A stretch of 61,071 bases of DNA. Source: a virus (lineage: Duplodnaviria > Heunggongvirae > Uroviricota > Caudoviricetes). Shown here piece by piece: positions 50,376 through 60,090 of this stretch; position 1 is the stretch's first letter; the number at the start of each line of letters is the position of its first letter. The translations under genes and the position numbers were made by a program. The stretch is taken from positions 1 through 61,071 of the IMG/VR virus record IMGVR_UViG_2778261463_000006; one strand, 5' to 3'. The notes beneath the pieces were generated by a model, which was given only the letters and a program-made list of their open reading frames with translations, was not told the origin of the DNA and did no database searches.

Positions 50376-50954
50376 ATGTTGCGCTTTACTGAGGAAGAGT
50401 TTCAGGCTTTTAGTGAGCGTCGAAATAAGGGGCGGTCCAGGCCAAAAACCAAAAAGGATCCATTCTTATCGCTTGCGCCGGTAAAAGAAGTTTCTCCACA
50501 TGCGAAGGCACTTGCAGCACTGGCAAAGAACCCAGACCTGCGCGACGGAAATTGCGAGCACTTCGAGCAGGTTTTCATTTTTGATTACTTCGAACGCAAG
50601 CACCCTGACATCTATGAGCTGTTGCATGCAACGCCTAACGGAGGGAAGCGTTCAAAAGCAACCGCCGGGAAAATGAAGGCTTAAGGGCAGAAAAAAGGTT
50701 ATCCGGACATGAGTCTCGATAAAGCATGCGGTATTTATCACGGCATGCGAATTGAGCTTAAAGAACCAAATGGTAAAGCCCCGACGAAAGAGCAGATCGC
50801 CTGGATGCGCAGGCTTAGAGAGGAAGGCTACTACGTTGTTCTTGCGTATGGTGCAGAACAAGCGATTACCGCCATCCTGGAATACATAAGTCTTAAAAAG
50901 GGTGAGGCTATCGAGCATGTATTGAACGGCGATAAGTGGTTGCATATTGCTTAA
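50376..50954 (+). pseudogene. VRR-NUC-type nuclease gene interrupted by a single in-frame TAA stop (50682-50684)
   Basis: Same frame reads ...HATPNGGKRSKATAGKMKA*GQKKGYPDMSLDKACGIYHGMRIELKEPNGKAPTKEQIAWMRRL...; both halves match VRR-NUC motif. Confidence 0.5.
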
Positions 50955-51150
50955 AATAATAAATTAATTAGTGCATATACGCTCTTTGTGATAGTGCACT
51001 TTAACATCGGGAGAATAATCGTGTCATCCAAGGTTAATTATGAGTCGCTGGCATCGGTCATGCCGCGTAATGAACAGGAAACAGATGCTGTAGTGGACCC
51101 TGTAATCGCTGAAATGAATGCTCGCCTGGAGGCTGAATTTGCAGCTGAGA

Positions 51151-51780
51151 ATGAACATACCACCCAGGGCGACTAGGACTGTTTTTTGTGTCGGTAGCGG
51201 TCCGTCACTCACTCGTGAGGACTGTGCTGCTATAGAAAAAACTGGCTGTTCAATCATCGCGGTTAACAATTCCTGGCAGATGTTCGATGACATTTATGCC
51301 TTATACGCCGGTGATTTGTCATGGTGGAAGCAATACGGATCCACCATACCGGGAGGGAGATTCCGCAAAGTGACAGCCAACCTGGCGGCGGCGAAATCAT
51401 TTTCGTTGGAGTACAGGCGATATTGTGGACCGGCGGAAGGGGTAAATAGCGGCGCGCAGGCTATCAGTCTGGCTGCTGAATCAGGGGCTGAAGTAGTGGT
51501 ATTAGTCGGCTATGACTGTTCTCTGCAAAACGGCCTTCATTGGCATGGCGCGCACCCTCAAGCACTACGGAATCCAACGCAGGTGTCTATTTCAAAATGG
51601 CAACAGCAGTTCCTGGATACCCGCAAAAAACACGCAGATTTACATATTTTGAATGCAAGTAGGAGCAGTGCAATTCAATGTTTCCCAAGAATAAATTTAG
51701 AGGCAGTGATCGCGTTATTATCGTCGGCAGTGGCCCAAGCGCCGCAAACTTTGTTGCGCCGCGCGGAGTGCCGATTATAG
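51151..51780 (+). CDS. MptE/DUF115-like protein (GSGPS motif), paralog 1
   Basis: Motif FCVGSGPSLT...SIIAVNNS; start uncertain (51118 or 51151). Confidence 0.45.
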   Translation: MNIPPRATRTVFCVGSGPSLTREDCAAIEKTGCSIIAVNNSWQMFDDIYALYAGDLSWWKQYGSTIPGGRFRKVTANLAAAKSFSLEYRRYCGPAEGVNSGAQAISLAAESGAEVVVLVGYDCSLQNGLHWHGAHPQALRNPTQVSISKWQQQFLDTRKKHADLHILNASRSSAIQCFPRINLEAVIALLSSAVAQAPQTLLRRAECRL

Positions 51781-52304
51781 CGGTCAATGGGGCCATCGAC
51801 TGGCTTAACCGCGCTTCTTATTTTTTCACCCTTGATCCATCCCCAGACAATATGCGGCGCGTTGGTCGTGGCCGCCGTCGCCGTGGTGTTTGTTATTGCA
51901 TGGCACTACCCGATGTTAAAGAACGTGAAGTCAGAGATGGCGTTCTGTGCTTCCGTCGTGTGGCTGAACGCGGCATGGAGCCAAAAAATACGAATTCTCC
52001 CGAGTGGTGGGCGTGGCGCTGGTCCGCACATTTCGGCCTTTGCGAAGATGAGAATGAAATTGCCAGCGGCAATAGTGCATATGGTGCTCTGAACCTGGCT
52101 TTCCATATCGGATTCAAACATGTAGCTCTGGTGGGCGTTGACGCTACGCAAGAACTACGCGTTCACTCCGGCGGCACGCCAAAAAATCTAAGTCACCTGC
52201 CTTTGTTATTCCAGTCTGCGCGTGAACAGATTGACGTTGTTTCATGCGGGAAAATGGGAGGTATTCCGCAGATGACTCTTAAAGAATGGCTGAAGAATAC
52301 ATGA
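51678..52304 (+). CDS. MptE/DUF115-like protein (GSGPS motif), paralog 2
   Basis: Motif [12 protein letters not shown]...PIIAVNGA; paralogous to upstream gene. Confidence 0.5.
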   Translation: MFPKNKFRGSDRVIIVGSGPSAANFVAPRGVPIIAVNGAIDWLNRASYFFTLDPSPDNMRRVGRGRRRRGVCYCMALPDVKEREVRDGVLCFRRVAERGMEPKNTNSPEWWAWRWSAHFGLCEDENEIASGNSAYGALNLAFHIGFKHVALVGVDATQELRVHSGGTPKNLSHLPLLFQSAREQIDVVSCGKMGGIPQMTLKEWLKNT

Positions 52305-52978
52305 TGGCACCCACAATTTATCACCGTATCGACGGTACCAAATACAGGAATGTCTGGGTTGTTGGTGATCTGCATGGTTGCTACACCAGACTGATGTCCG
52401 AACTCCATCGTGTGGATTTTGACCCGGCGCAGGATTTACTGATATCGGTCGGCGACCTTATCGATCGCGGTACTGAAAATGTCGAATGTCTGGAACTATT
52501 GCAGATGCCCTGGTTCAGGGCAGTGATGGGGAACCATGAGCGGCTGATGATTGATGCGTTAAGTCCAGATGGCAACGTGAATAACTGGCTAATGAATGGC
52601 GGACAATGGTTCTTCATGCTGGACACTGATCAGGAAATATTAGCCTGGGCGCTGGTGGAGCTGGTAAAGCATCTGCCCTATATCATTGAGTTGAACACCG
52701 GGCAAGAAACTATCGTTATAGCCCATGCCGACTATCCGGATAATGAATACCAATTCGGTAAGGAGGTGCCGCTTTTCAACGTTGTCTGGGCGCGCGAGCG
52801 TATCAGTGATTCGATGGATGATATTGGTGGCGAAATTTCGGGCGCAGATCGTTTTATCTTTGGTCACACTCCGGTGAAAAGCCCGAAGACATTCTGGAAT
52901 CAGCAGTATATCGACACTGGTGCCGTATTTTGCGGAAACCTGACATTGATGAAAGTGAAAGGTGATGGTGCAGCATGA
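52286..52978 (+). CDS. ppp: Ser/Thr protein phosphatase (PPP/calcineurin-like metallophosphatase; P1 ppp)
   Basis: Motifs GDLHG, GDLIDRG, GNHE. Confidence 0.8.
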   Translation: MAEEYMMAPTIYHRIDGTKYRNVWVVGDLHGCYTRLMSELHRVDFDPAQDLLISVGDLIDRGTENVECLELLQMPWFRAVMGNHERLMIDALSPDGNVNNWLMNGGQWFFMLDTDQEILAWALVELVKHLPYIIELNTGQETIVIAHADYPDNEYQFGKEVPLFNVVWARERISDSMDDIGGEISGADRFIFGHTPVKSPKTFWNQQYIDTGAVFCGNLTLMKVKGDGAA

Positions 52979-53676
52979 AGATTGCTTTAGTTTTTCGCTC
53001 TGGTGGTGACTATAACGCTTCCGATGTGCAGTGGCTGGTTAATCAACTGCCAAAAGGCTATGAAATTATTTGCCTGACAGACCTGAAGCGTTTACATGTA
53101 CCTGGCGTCAAAGTTGTCCCATTGATCAACCAGTGGCAAAAGTGCCGTGGCTGGTGGGCGAAAATAGAGTTGTTCCGACCGGATATAACCGATGATCTGT
53201 TCTATCTGGATTTGGACACGGTTATTGCCGGTGATATACGCCCAATCCTAGAGCATCCACCAACCAGCTTCACCATGCTTAGGGATTTTTACCATCCACA
53301 ATATCGTGGCAGCGGTGCCCTGTGGATACCAAATAGTGTAAAAGCGCATATCTGGAGTGCATTCTGGCAAGATCCGGAAGGTTGGATTGCTCGTTGTGTT
53401 ACTACTGAATGCTGGGGTGATCAGGGGTTTTTGCGGAAGGTTATGGGTGATGATACACCAGCATTTCAGGATCTGTATCCGGGATGGTTTGTAAGTTACA
53501 AGGCCGATGTTGTGGAACCTGGTTCGAAATATGCGAGCGCGCGTTACTCCAGGGGGAATGGGGCATTACCAAAAGACTGCCGAATAATCTTTTTCCACGG
53601 CAAACCGCGACCTCGCGAAGTGTCAGAGGATTGGCTTCCCCTTATCAGCTCATTTTTTGAGCGAGAATCAGAATAA
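52975..53676 (+). CDS. Glycosyltransferase-like protein with DxD motif (233 aa)
   Basis: FYLDLDTVI DxD-type motif after Rossmann-like N-terminus MKIALVF. Confidence 0.45.
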   Translation: MKIALVFRSGGDYNASDVQWLVNQLPKGYEIICLTDLKRLHVPGVKVVPLINQWQKCRGWWAKIELFRPDITDDLFYLDLDTVIAGDIRPILEHPPTSFTMLRDFYHPQYRGSGALWIPNSVKAHIWSAFWQDPEGWIARCVTTECWGDQGFLRKVMGDDTPAFQDLYPGWFVSYKADVVEPGSKYASARYSRGNGALPKDCRIIFFHGKPRPREVSEDWLPLISSFFERESE

Positions 53677-53677
53677 T

Positions 53678-53694
53678 ATTGCTCTAATAATTCC
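53678..53694 (+). promoter_or_regulatory. Degenerate C1 operator-like site
   Basis: ATTGCTCTAATAATTCC, 14/17. Confidence 0.4.
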
Positions 53695-53703
53695 ATATTT
53701 TTA

Positions 53704-53732
53704 AAACGTGATGTACACTCATCACGTTTTTT
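53704..53732 (+). terminator. Rho-independent terminator
   Basis: acgtgatg-tacactc-catcacgt followed by TTTTTT. Confidence 0.65.
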
Positions 53733-53743
53733 ATTAGAGCAAT
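53727..53743 (-). promoter_or_regulatory. C1 operator-like site (minus orientation)
   Basis: Reverse complement ATTGCTCTAATAAAAAA, first 14 of 17 match. Confidence 0.5.
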
Positions 53744-53977
53744 CTACAAGGTGCACTATGTGGCCATTCCGACGGAAATATCACTACTGGCTGATCGCCT
53801 TTGTTACGCCGACCGGCGGTATCAGGCATGTCATCACCAGGTATCGCAACAAGAGACTCACCTTAGCCAGAATTTTACAGGCTGCCATAGGTGAGGGACT
53901 GGATACAAATTGCGTAGTCCTTCCACCTTCATACTTAGGAAAAATGACCGAAGCACAAGCTAATACGGAACTTTGAA

Positions 53978-55240
53978 ATGAGCACTTCAGCACAAAACCA
54001 ATCAATCGAAAATGTATCTATCCCTGATGTCCTGAATGCCGGTATCCCGGCCATTATCCAGAACATCCGGGCCGCGCAACGCCGCGTTAGTTGTGATGAC
54101 CTCACAGCACGTTTTTTTGATAATGCGGTTCAGTCAGCGGAGATGCTTCACGCACAGCTTATTGATGTTTATAACGCAGAAGCTGATAGCCATAACTCCC
54201 TGGTCGATGCAGCTGAAAATATGCAGTTGGATCTCGGTCTGAAGGGTAAAGAAATTGAAGAGCTTCAGCTGCAAATTGAACATTTGAAACGCCAGCAACA
54301 GGACGCGATCGACGATGCGACGCATGACGCCAACCAGCGTGCTGATAATGCCGAACGTATAAGCATTGAGCTGGAAACAAAACTCAATGAAATGACCGCG
54401 ATGGTTGAACTGCGGAACTCACAGATTTCAACGCTAAAATCTCAATATAAAGAGATCATGAAACTTGATCCTTTTAACCTTGAGAAACGCTATAACAAAG
54501 CTAAAAGCGAGCGACAGGAACTGCGTAAGCAGGTCGCCGACCTTAACCAACAGCTCAAAAAAACTATTAAAGATGCAAGCGAAGCGCGCGTGGCATTTGC
54601 TAATAAAAAAGCAGAGGTTACCGCGCTGGTTAATGAGAATGCCAAATTTGCGACGCTCAAGAAGGAAATGTATGGCATTACTGAGCGCCGTTTCCCTGCA
54701 AGCAAACTTCACCCGACGTTAGGGCAAATCTCCTTCTTCCCGCGCCTCCTGGCTTATGGGATCTCATCGCCTAAAGAGTTCAATAACGAGCGTCCTTATA
54801 TCGTTTCTAAGCTGGACTTTGCTTATCAGTTCTGCTGCGACATGGGCTATGCCATTGATATCCGGATCAACGAATGGTTGATGCCAAACTTCCAGCCGTT
54901 GGCCATTTTCCGCGAGTTCCAGCCGGAAGGTTGGGTAGAGTTCTTCCATGAATTGATCTGTAAAGAGATGGAAAGCCGCCGCCCGGAACTGGTCCGTCGA
55001 GTTGAGTGGGCGCAAGAGGTTATGTTGGCAGATGCAGAGCTGCCGTTCAAACCGGAATTCATTGATGATCTGGCAACTAAAGGGCTGCATACCCTGTTTG
55101 ATGTGGTTACCCGCCGTCATGAGCAGTTGGTTGTCGAATTGAGTTTAGAGGAAACTGCGGCAAGAAGACTTCTCGATGTTTGCTATGCACGTAGCGATGC
55201 ATGGGAAAAAGAGAACGGCGGCACTATTTACGTTCGCTGA
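53978..55240 (+). CDS. Large coiled-coil protein (420 aa)
   Basis: N-terminal half coiled-coil (E/K/Q-rich), C-terminal globular domain. Confidence 0.5.
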   Translation: MSTSAQNQSIENVSIPDVLNAGIPAIIQNIRAAQRRVSCDDLTARFFDNAVQSAEMLHAQLIDVYNAEADSHNSLVDAAENMQLDLGLKGKEIEELQLQIEHLKRQQQDAIDDATHDANQRADNAERISIELETKLNEMTAMVELRNSQISTLKSQYKEIMKLDPFNLEKRYNKAKSERQELRKQVADLNQQLKKTIKDASEARVAFANKKAEVTALVNENAKFATLKKEMYGITERRFPASKLHPTLGQISFFPRLLAYGISSPKEFNNERPYIVSKLDFAYQFCCDMGYAIDIRINEWLMPNFQPLAIFREFQPEGWVEFFHELICKEMESRRPELVRRVEWAQEVMLADAELPFKPEFIDDLATKGLHTLFDVVTRRHEQLVVELSLEETAARRLLDVCYARSDAWEKENGGTIYVR

Positions 55241-55313
55241 TAGTTACAGTGTCACTTTTAATGCTGGTGGAGTGCGTCCCACCAGCATTTTTTTCGTCCA
55301 ATGAGGAGGGCAT

Positions 55314-55820
55314 TTGAGTATTTTCAATAAACACGCACACCAGGAACGTCCGTATATCGTCATAGTCGATATTGATGGAACAATATCGGAGGCAACGGAA
55401 GACAGACTGCATTTGCTTCCGCCACCAGGTAAAGGTGCATTAACAAAGGACTGGAACGAGTTTAATCTCGCCTGTGACACTGATACTCCCATAACTCCAG
55501 TTATTGATATTGTGCGCCAGTTATTTAACGTTTACACGGTCTGGTTTGTAACCGGGCGCTGTGAGATCGCAAGGGATAAAACACGAGCTTGGCTGCGGAA
55601 GTACGTAACAAACGGGGCTGAGCCTTTGCTATCTATGCGCCCTGCCACCGATGACAGAAATGACGGCCCAGCAAAGATTGATCTCCTTAAGAAAATTGGT
55701 CTAAGTAAAATTGCGTTCGCGCTGGAAGATAAGATTGAAGTGGCGCGTGTTTTCAGGAGACACGGCGTGCTTACGTTAATGGTCAGGGAGTATGAAAATG
55801 CGCTTCTTCATCAGCAGTAA
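55314..55820 (+). CDS. pap: HAD-superfamily phosphatase (P1 pap-like)
   Basis: HAD motif I VIVDIDGT near N-terminus; downstream motifs consistent with HAD fold. Confidence 0.6.
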   Translation: MSIFNKHAHQERPYIVIVDIDGTISEATEDRLHLLPPPGKGALTKDWNEFNLACDTDTPITPVIDIVRQLFNVYTVWFVTGRCEIARDKTRAWLRKYVTNGAEPLLSMRPATDDRNDGPAKIDLLKKIGLSKIAFALEDKIEVARVFRRHGVLTLMVREYENALLHQQ

Positions 55821-55836
55821 TTGCTCTAATAAATCT
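55820..55836 (+). promoter_or_regulatory. C1 operator-like site
   Basis: ATTGCTCTAATAAATCT, 16/17. Confidence 0.6.
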
Positions 55837-55918
55837 TGATTTTTAAAGCAGGGAAAGTGAAAATAAAAACATGCCGCAAGGCGCGGCATGTATCTAATCA
55901 ATCACAGGAGCTGAAAAT

Positions 55919-56005
55919 ATGAACACGGCATTCAAAATCATTATGGCCGCGATCTATTTCTGGCTGTTCTCTATCACTTTTGGCGGCATCGTCGCGCATG
56001 GGTAA
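55919..56005 (+). CDS. Small hydrophobic peptide (28 aa), possible small membrane protein/toxin
   Basis: MNTAFKIIMAAIYFWLFSITFGGIVAHG; AGGAG RBS; preceded by hairpin 55870-55891 and C1 operator. Confidence 0.4.
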   Translation: MNTAFKIIMAAIYFWLFSITFGGIVAHG

Positions 56006-56014
56006 GGGGGATGC

Positions 56015-56419
56015 ATGAAAGGCGAAGTGAAAGAGCGCGGCATGATTTTCAACGATGAGATGGTCCGGGCCATCCTCGAAGGAAGGAAAACGCAGACGCG
56101 GCGGATAATGAAAAATCAGCCTGCGGAAGTTGGTCCAGAAGCACCAGTGATGGTTAGAAAAATTGGTGCAGGTTTTCAGTGGTACGGGGCTGATGGTGTA
56201 AGCAGTGTTTTCAATTGCCCCTTTGGTATCGTCGGCGATCGAATTTGGGTTCGTGAAACATGGGCGATATTAGGCAATGAGGATGGTTGCAGTGTGGACT
56301 GGAACGACAACCTTTGTCGTGGCGATGAGAAGAGCGCAGCAAGGATTTATCGGGCCAGTTGTGAGCAAAAGCCTGGTGATTACGGCTTATGGTCGATATG
56401 TGGCCTACAAAAAAGGTAG
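56015..56419 (+). CDS. ASCH/PUA-like domain protein (134 aa)
   Basis: N-terminal motif FNDEMVRAILEGRKTQTRR typical of ASCH-like phage proteins. Confidence 0.55.
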   Translation: MKGEVKERGMIFNDEMVRAILEGRKTQTRRIMKNQPAEVGPEAPVMVRKIGAGFQWYGADGVSSVFNCPFGIVGDRIWVRETWAILGNEDGCSVDWNDNLCRGDEKSAARIYRASCEQKPGDYGLWSICGLQKR

Positions 56420-56780
56420 CTGGAACGGCAACGATGTTTACTGGCTTCAACACGGTGGATTGCCAACCGATGACTTCAGTAAAGCGACCATCTTTTGCGT
56501 CGCCAACAAAAACGAACCAGGAATAGTTTGGTTGCCATTTTCCATTGCTGATGCAGTAAAGCGCCGGACGTTCAATATCAATAACTTTAACCGCAGAACA
56601 ATGGTTCAGGGCGCAGGTTTGGTCATGCCTGACTGGTTGAAAGAGCAGAACAGAAGAAAGAAGTCGCGAAGCGGGAAGGTGCGTTGGAATTGTCCGCATT
56701 GCGGAAAAATCACCTGGCAGTACAGCCCATATGATTTTGAAGGCTGTCGTGATTACAACTGTGAAGGATGGCGAGAATGA
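56277..56780 (+). CDS. ORF overlapping the ASCH gene in another frame; Cys-rich C-terminus (CPHCG...CRDYNCEG); possible frameshift partner
   Basis: 167-aa ORF; real start uncertain. Confidence 0.35.
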   Translation: MRMVAVWTGTTTFVVAMRRAQQGFIGPVVSKSLVITAYGRYVAYKKGSWNGNDVYWLQHGGLPTDDFSKATIFCVANKNEPGIVWLPFSIADAVKRRTFNINNFNRRTMVQGAGLVMPDWLKEQNRRKKSRSGKVRWNCPHCGKITWQYSPYDFEGCRDYNCEGWRE

Positions 56781-56955
56781 CAATTGACTATCAAGAACTG
56801 CGCGAGGCAGCGGAACAGGCAACGCAAGATGAATGGGTAGCATATATTTTGCCGGGTCATAACGGCATTTATCCTGCGCGCACGTCTGAGGGTAGGCATT
56901 GTGCGGATACTTTATTGACTGGCCTGGCGTCTGTCAGGGGCGGGAGAGCATCAAC

Positions 56956-57456
56956 ATGAGCATCAGAACCTACGCAGTGAATTGCAATGACGCATGGCTA
57001 AACACCGAAGGTGATGACATCTCCGGCTCATACGTTAAGTACAAAGACCATCAGGAAGTGGTTGCCGCTCTTGAGGCCAAGTGCGCGGCGCTGGCAGTGG
57101 AGAATGAGCTGGCTCGTAAGGCAGTTCAGGCATTCTGCGATGTTGTTGGCGACAACACCGAGGTTATCGCTGAGGTGGTTGGGCGAGATGGCGTTCTGGT
57201 TATTTTGGAGGCCATGAAGGCAACAGGAAATATGCCAGCCACCGATGCTTTCCTGGCTGAAGTGCGGGCGCAGGGCGTGGATGCTGCTATAGAAGCTGCA
57301 AAAAATCTGGTGGCCCAAGAATATGAGTATAAGGATTTCAAAGCGGCGCAGAGTGATTGCTGTATGCACCCTGGTTCAGATCTGGTAGGGAAGGTTGAAA
57401 TGACTGAGTGGTTAGTTGACTTTGCTGCCCAGCTTCGCAAAGGAGGCAACCAGTGA
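56956..57456 (+). CDS. Hypothetical protein (about 167 aa)
   Basis: ORF in early block; preceded by 63-aa Ea22-like N-terminal fragment ORF 56768-56959. Confidence 0.45.
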   Translation: MSIRTYAVNCNDAWLNTEGDDISGSYVKYKDHQEVVAALEAKCAALAVENELARKAVQAFCDVVGDNTEVIAEVVGRDGVLVILEAMKATGNMPATDAFLAEVRAQGVDAAIEAAKNLVAQEYEYKDFKAAQSDCCMHPGSDLVGKVEMTEWLVDFAAQLRKGGNQ

Positions 57457-58142
57457 GCGAAATTAATTACCAGGCACTGCGTGAGGCGGCGGAACGTGCA
57501 ATTCCAGCAATGGAACGCCTGTTAATGTTGCCAGCTGATGATGATTTGTTAAGTGAACAGGAACTTAAAGATTACGGTGTGGATATTGATGCGCTCAACG
57601 CCTTCAAATTTCTGGCCGGACCAGAAACCGTGCTGGCACTACTGGATGAACGGGAAAGGAACCAGCAATACATCAAATCACGCGACCAGGAGAACGAGGA
57701 TATTGCGCTAACGGTAGGGAAGCTGCGTGTTGAGCTGGAAGGCAAAGACAGCAAAATAGCCAATCTTACCGCCGAACGCGATGCTCTTCGTGAAGGTGAG
57801 ATGGGCGACGCTAGGCATAGCAACACACGGGCCGCAGCTGATATCTACTTCCAACTGGTCGAGGAGTGCGAAATTCCTGCTGGCGGATCTCTGGTCGAGT
57901 ACGTTGACGATATGCGCGAGAAGCTGGAAGCCGCAGAGAAGCGCATTGCAGAGTTAGAAAGTGGTTCTCAGGCACAAAAGTTAGTTGAAGCAATCATTGT
58001 TGCGATAGAAAACGAACAGGAAAGGCTTTTTGATGAAGATTACCTAATGGATTCGAAAGAATGCATTGACGTAATTCGTGAAGAAGTAAAGCGATGGAAT
58101 GATTCCCGTGCCGCTGGCATTCGCATCAACGGAGGTGAGTAG
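57453..58142 (+). CDS. Ea22/Ead-like coiled-coil protein (229 aa)
   Basis: N-terminus MSEINYQALREAAERA... typical of Ea22-like family; central coiled coil. Confidence 0.5.
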   Translation: MSEINYQALREAAERAIPAMERLLMLPADDDLLSEQELKDYGVDIDALNAFKFLAGPETVLALLDERERNQQYIKSRDQENEDIALTVGKLRVELEGKDSKIANLTAERDALREGEMGDARHSNTRAAADIYFQLVEECEIPAGGSLVEYVDDMREKLEAAEKRIAELESGSQAQKLVEAIIVAIENEQERLFDEDYLMDSKECIDVIREEVKRWNDSRAAGIRINGGE

Positions 58143-58314
58143 TGCGTGTGGCATGTATCGGCTTGTTACCGTACCCGACTCGTTTTTGGGCTTCTGCGCT
58201 AATTGCAAAGCCACATGTCCTGATGGCTGACAACATCATCCCGGCACCAAAGCGCCGCCATACCGGTATTGCAGCGGCACGACGAGCAGCAAAGAGACGC
58301 AGGAGAGCAAAGCG

Positions 58315-58491
58315 ATGAAAAACCGTAAGGCAAAACGACTTTTTTTACAGCGACCTGTGCGTGTGGTGGAGCTGGTTATTAGCAACCATAAGATAGCGGT
58401 ACTCCATCCATTTGGTCAGGTGGCTTTTGCCGCAAAGCGTAAGCCTACTGCGTCACAGAACAGGCGGAAGAAAGGGTACGCTGTAAGATGA
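58315..58491 (+). CDS. Small basic protein (58 aa), paralog A
   Basis: MKNRKAKRLF...; ATGA overlap with next gene. Confidence 0.4.
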   Translation: MKNRKAKRLFLQRPVRVVELVISNHKIAVLHPFGQVAFAAKRKPTASQNRRKKGYAVR

Positions 58492-58676
58492 AAAACCGTA
58501 AAGCAAAGATTCTGTTAGTTCGTAGAAACGCTCCTGGCGTCTGGCAGTGGGTGAGACTCAGCAACCGACGGATGGGGTTAATGAAACATTACGGGATGAT
58601 GGATTGTGGTTTTTGCAAAAAGCCCAGCGCGGCGCAAAACCGCTGGAAAAACCACTTGCGTACTAAAGGAGAGTGA
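58488..58676 (+). CDS. Small basic Cys-containing protein (62 aa), paralog B
   Basis: MKNRKAKILL...; shares N-terminus and KKP.A.QNR segment with paralog A. Confidence 0.45.
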   Translation: MKNRKAKILLVRRNAPGVWQWVRLSNRRMGLMKHYGMMDCGFCKKPSAAQNRWKNHLRTKGE

Positions 58677-58677
58677 T

Positions 58678-58893
58678 ATGGCTATCGCTGCAAGTTACAC
58701 CATGCATCTCTATTGTGACTGCCGTCAGTGCACGGAAGGTGTATATCCAGTGCCAGACTTCGGTGAGTATATAGGTACGTCATGGGCTGGCTGTGCAAAA
58801 GAGGCCCGTAAAGACGGGTGGCGAATAAGCAAAGACAAAACGCGTGCTTTTGCGCCAGGGCATAAAATTTTGAGGAGCAACAAAGGAGAGTGA
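58678..58893 (+). CDS. Small Cys-rich protein (71 aa)
   Basis: CDCRQC motif; ends KGE like the upstream gene; ORF track places start at 58606. Confidence 0.4.
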   Translation: MAIAASYTMHLYCDCRQCTEGVYPVPDFGEYIGTSWAGCAKEARKDGWRISKDKTRAFAPGHKILRSNKGE

Positions 58894-58894
58894 T

Positions 58895-59113
58895 GTGCCT
58901 ACATTATTCAGAAAAGAATATCCGCGAAAAAGTAGAGCGACAGAATTTTTGTTTCTCATTCTGTTTATCGTGTTGATGATACCGATATCCCCGTTAATTC
59001 TGGTATGGGGAATCGGAAAAATAATTGAGCCAGTTATTGAATTGTATAACGACGTGGTATGGGCTCCGTTCAACACACTGCACAATAAAATTAATCCGTA
59101 TAAGGAAAACTGA
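58895..59113 (+). CDS. Small membrane protein (72 aa)
   Basis: Central hydrophobic helix FLFLILFIVLMIPISPLILVWGIG. Confidence 0.45.
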   Translation: MPTLFRKEYPRKSRATEFLFLILFIVLMIPISPLILVWGIGKIIEPVIELYNDVVWAPFNTLHNKINPYKEN

Positions 59114-59114
59114 T

Positions 59115-59378
59115 ATGGCAACTTTGACAAAAAAAGAACAGGCATGGTTGAACGAATTACAGGACGTTCTTGATCGCTGTCCATCACCGAAAAAAATTGG
59201 TTTTTACACCATTGGCGATAAAAGCATTTACCTGTATGACCTGCGCCGCATGGATGAAATCATGGAGGCTCTTGATAATCGTTCGTCAATGGATTGGTGT
59301 GTTGCTGTCCATGATATGAATGCCGGATTTGATGAAAAGATTTTATTCCCCTCATCAGTTGAAAGCACAGCAGGATAA
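59115..59378 (+). CDS. Hypothetical protein (87 aa)
   Basis: ATG with upstream AAGGA; ORF track extends to 59025. Confidence 0.4.
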   Translation: MATLTKKEQAWLNELQDVLDRCPSPKKIGFYTIGDKSIYLYDLRRMDEIMEALDNRSSMDWCVAVHDMNAGFDEKILFPSSVESTAG

Positions 59379-59388
59379 GGACTAACAC

Positions 59389-60090
59389 ATGACAACGTTC
59401 ACCGACAAAGAACTGATTAAAGAAATCAAAGAGCGTATAGGCAGCCTGGACGTCCGAGACAATATTGAGCGTCGGGCTTATGAAATCGCACTGGCATCGC
59501 TGGAAGCAGAGCCGGTGGCGTGGATGCGTGATGACGCAGATGGTCGTGAGTATAACGCTCGCAATGAATTTTCTGGTGGAGGGGGAGGAGTTCCACTCTA
59601 CGCCACCCCTCCAGCGCCAGTAGTACCGGAAGAAAAACCAATGCCTAACCCTCTAAGCATGCTTGAAAGAGAGATCACACAACTGATTGGTGATGCGCAG
59701 GAAGCCACTGTCACTGGCTATGAGTTAATCGCTGAAGCTTGGCGTTTGATGGATGGACAAGACCCTAAAACCAGCGATTGGCATAGCAACGCTTCGAAGT
59801 ATTTAAATTCCAATATTGTAGAAAAAGTTGATGATGACCGTATTGAAGCTGTTAAGGCTGTTTTGCGTAGACTGGCTGGCAACTATCCGGTAACTCCGGA
59901 TGGTTGGATAAGCTGTAGTGAGCGAATGCCCGCTCAAGATGATTGGATTTTAATTTATTCAAAGCACGGCGAGTATATGGCAGGACAGGTACAAGAGGAA
60001 TACGTGGAGTTGAGCGACGGCACTTTATCGTGGTTAGGGAACGCCTTGTTCTGGATGCCTCTACCGGAACCGCCTCAGGAGGCAAAATGA
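59389..60090 (+). CDS. DUF551-domain protein (233 aa)
   Basis: C-terminal DGWISCSERMPAQDDWILIY...FWMPLPEPP matches DUF551 signature. Confidence 0.55.
   Translation: MTTFTDKELIKEIKERIGSLDVRDNIERRAYEIALASLEAEPVAWMRDDADGREYNARNEFSGGGGGVPLYATPPAPVVPEEKPMPNPLSMLEREITQLIGDAQEATVTGYELIAEAWRLMDGQDPKTSDWHSNASKYLNSNIVEKVDDDRIEAVKAVLRRLAGNYPVTPDGWISCSERMPAQDDWILIYSKHGEYMAGQVQEEYVELSDGTLSWLGNALFWMPLPEPPQEAK

Noticed and set aside
58142-58318. 58-codon GTG-initiated ORF with an Arg/Lys-rich tail
   Set aside because: Low-complexity basic C-terminus and non-ATG start; kept out of the feature list though it could be a genuine coupled mini-gene
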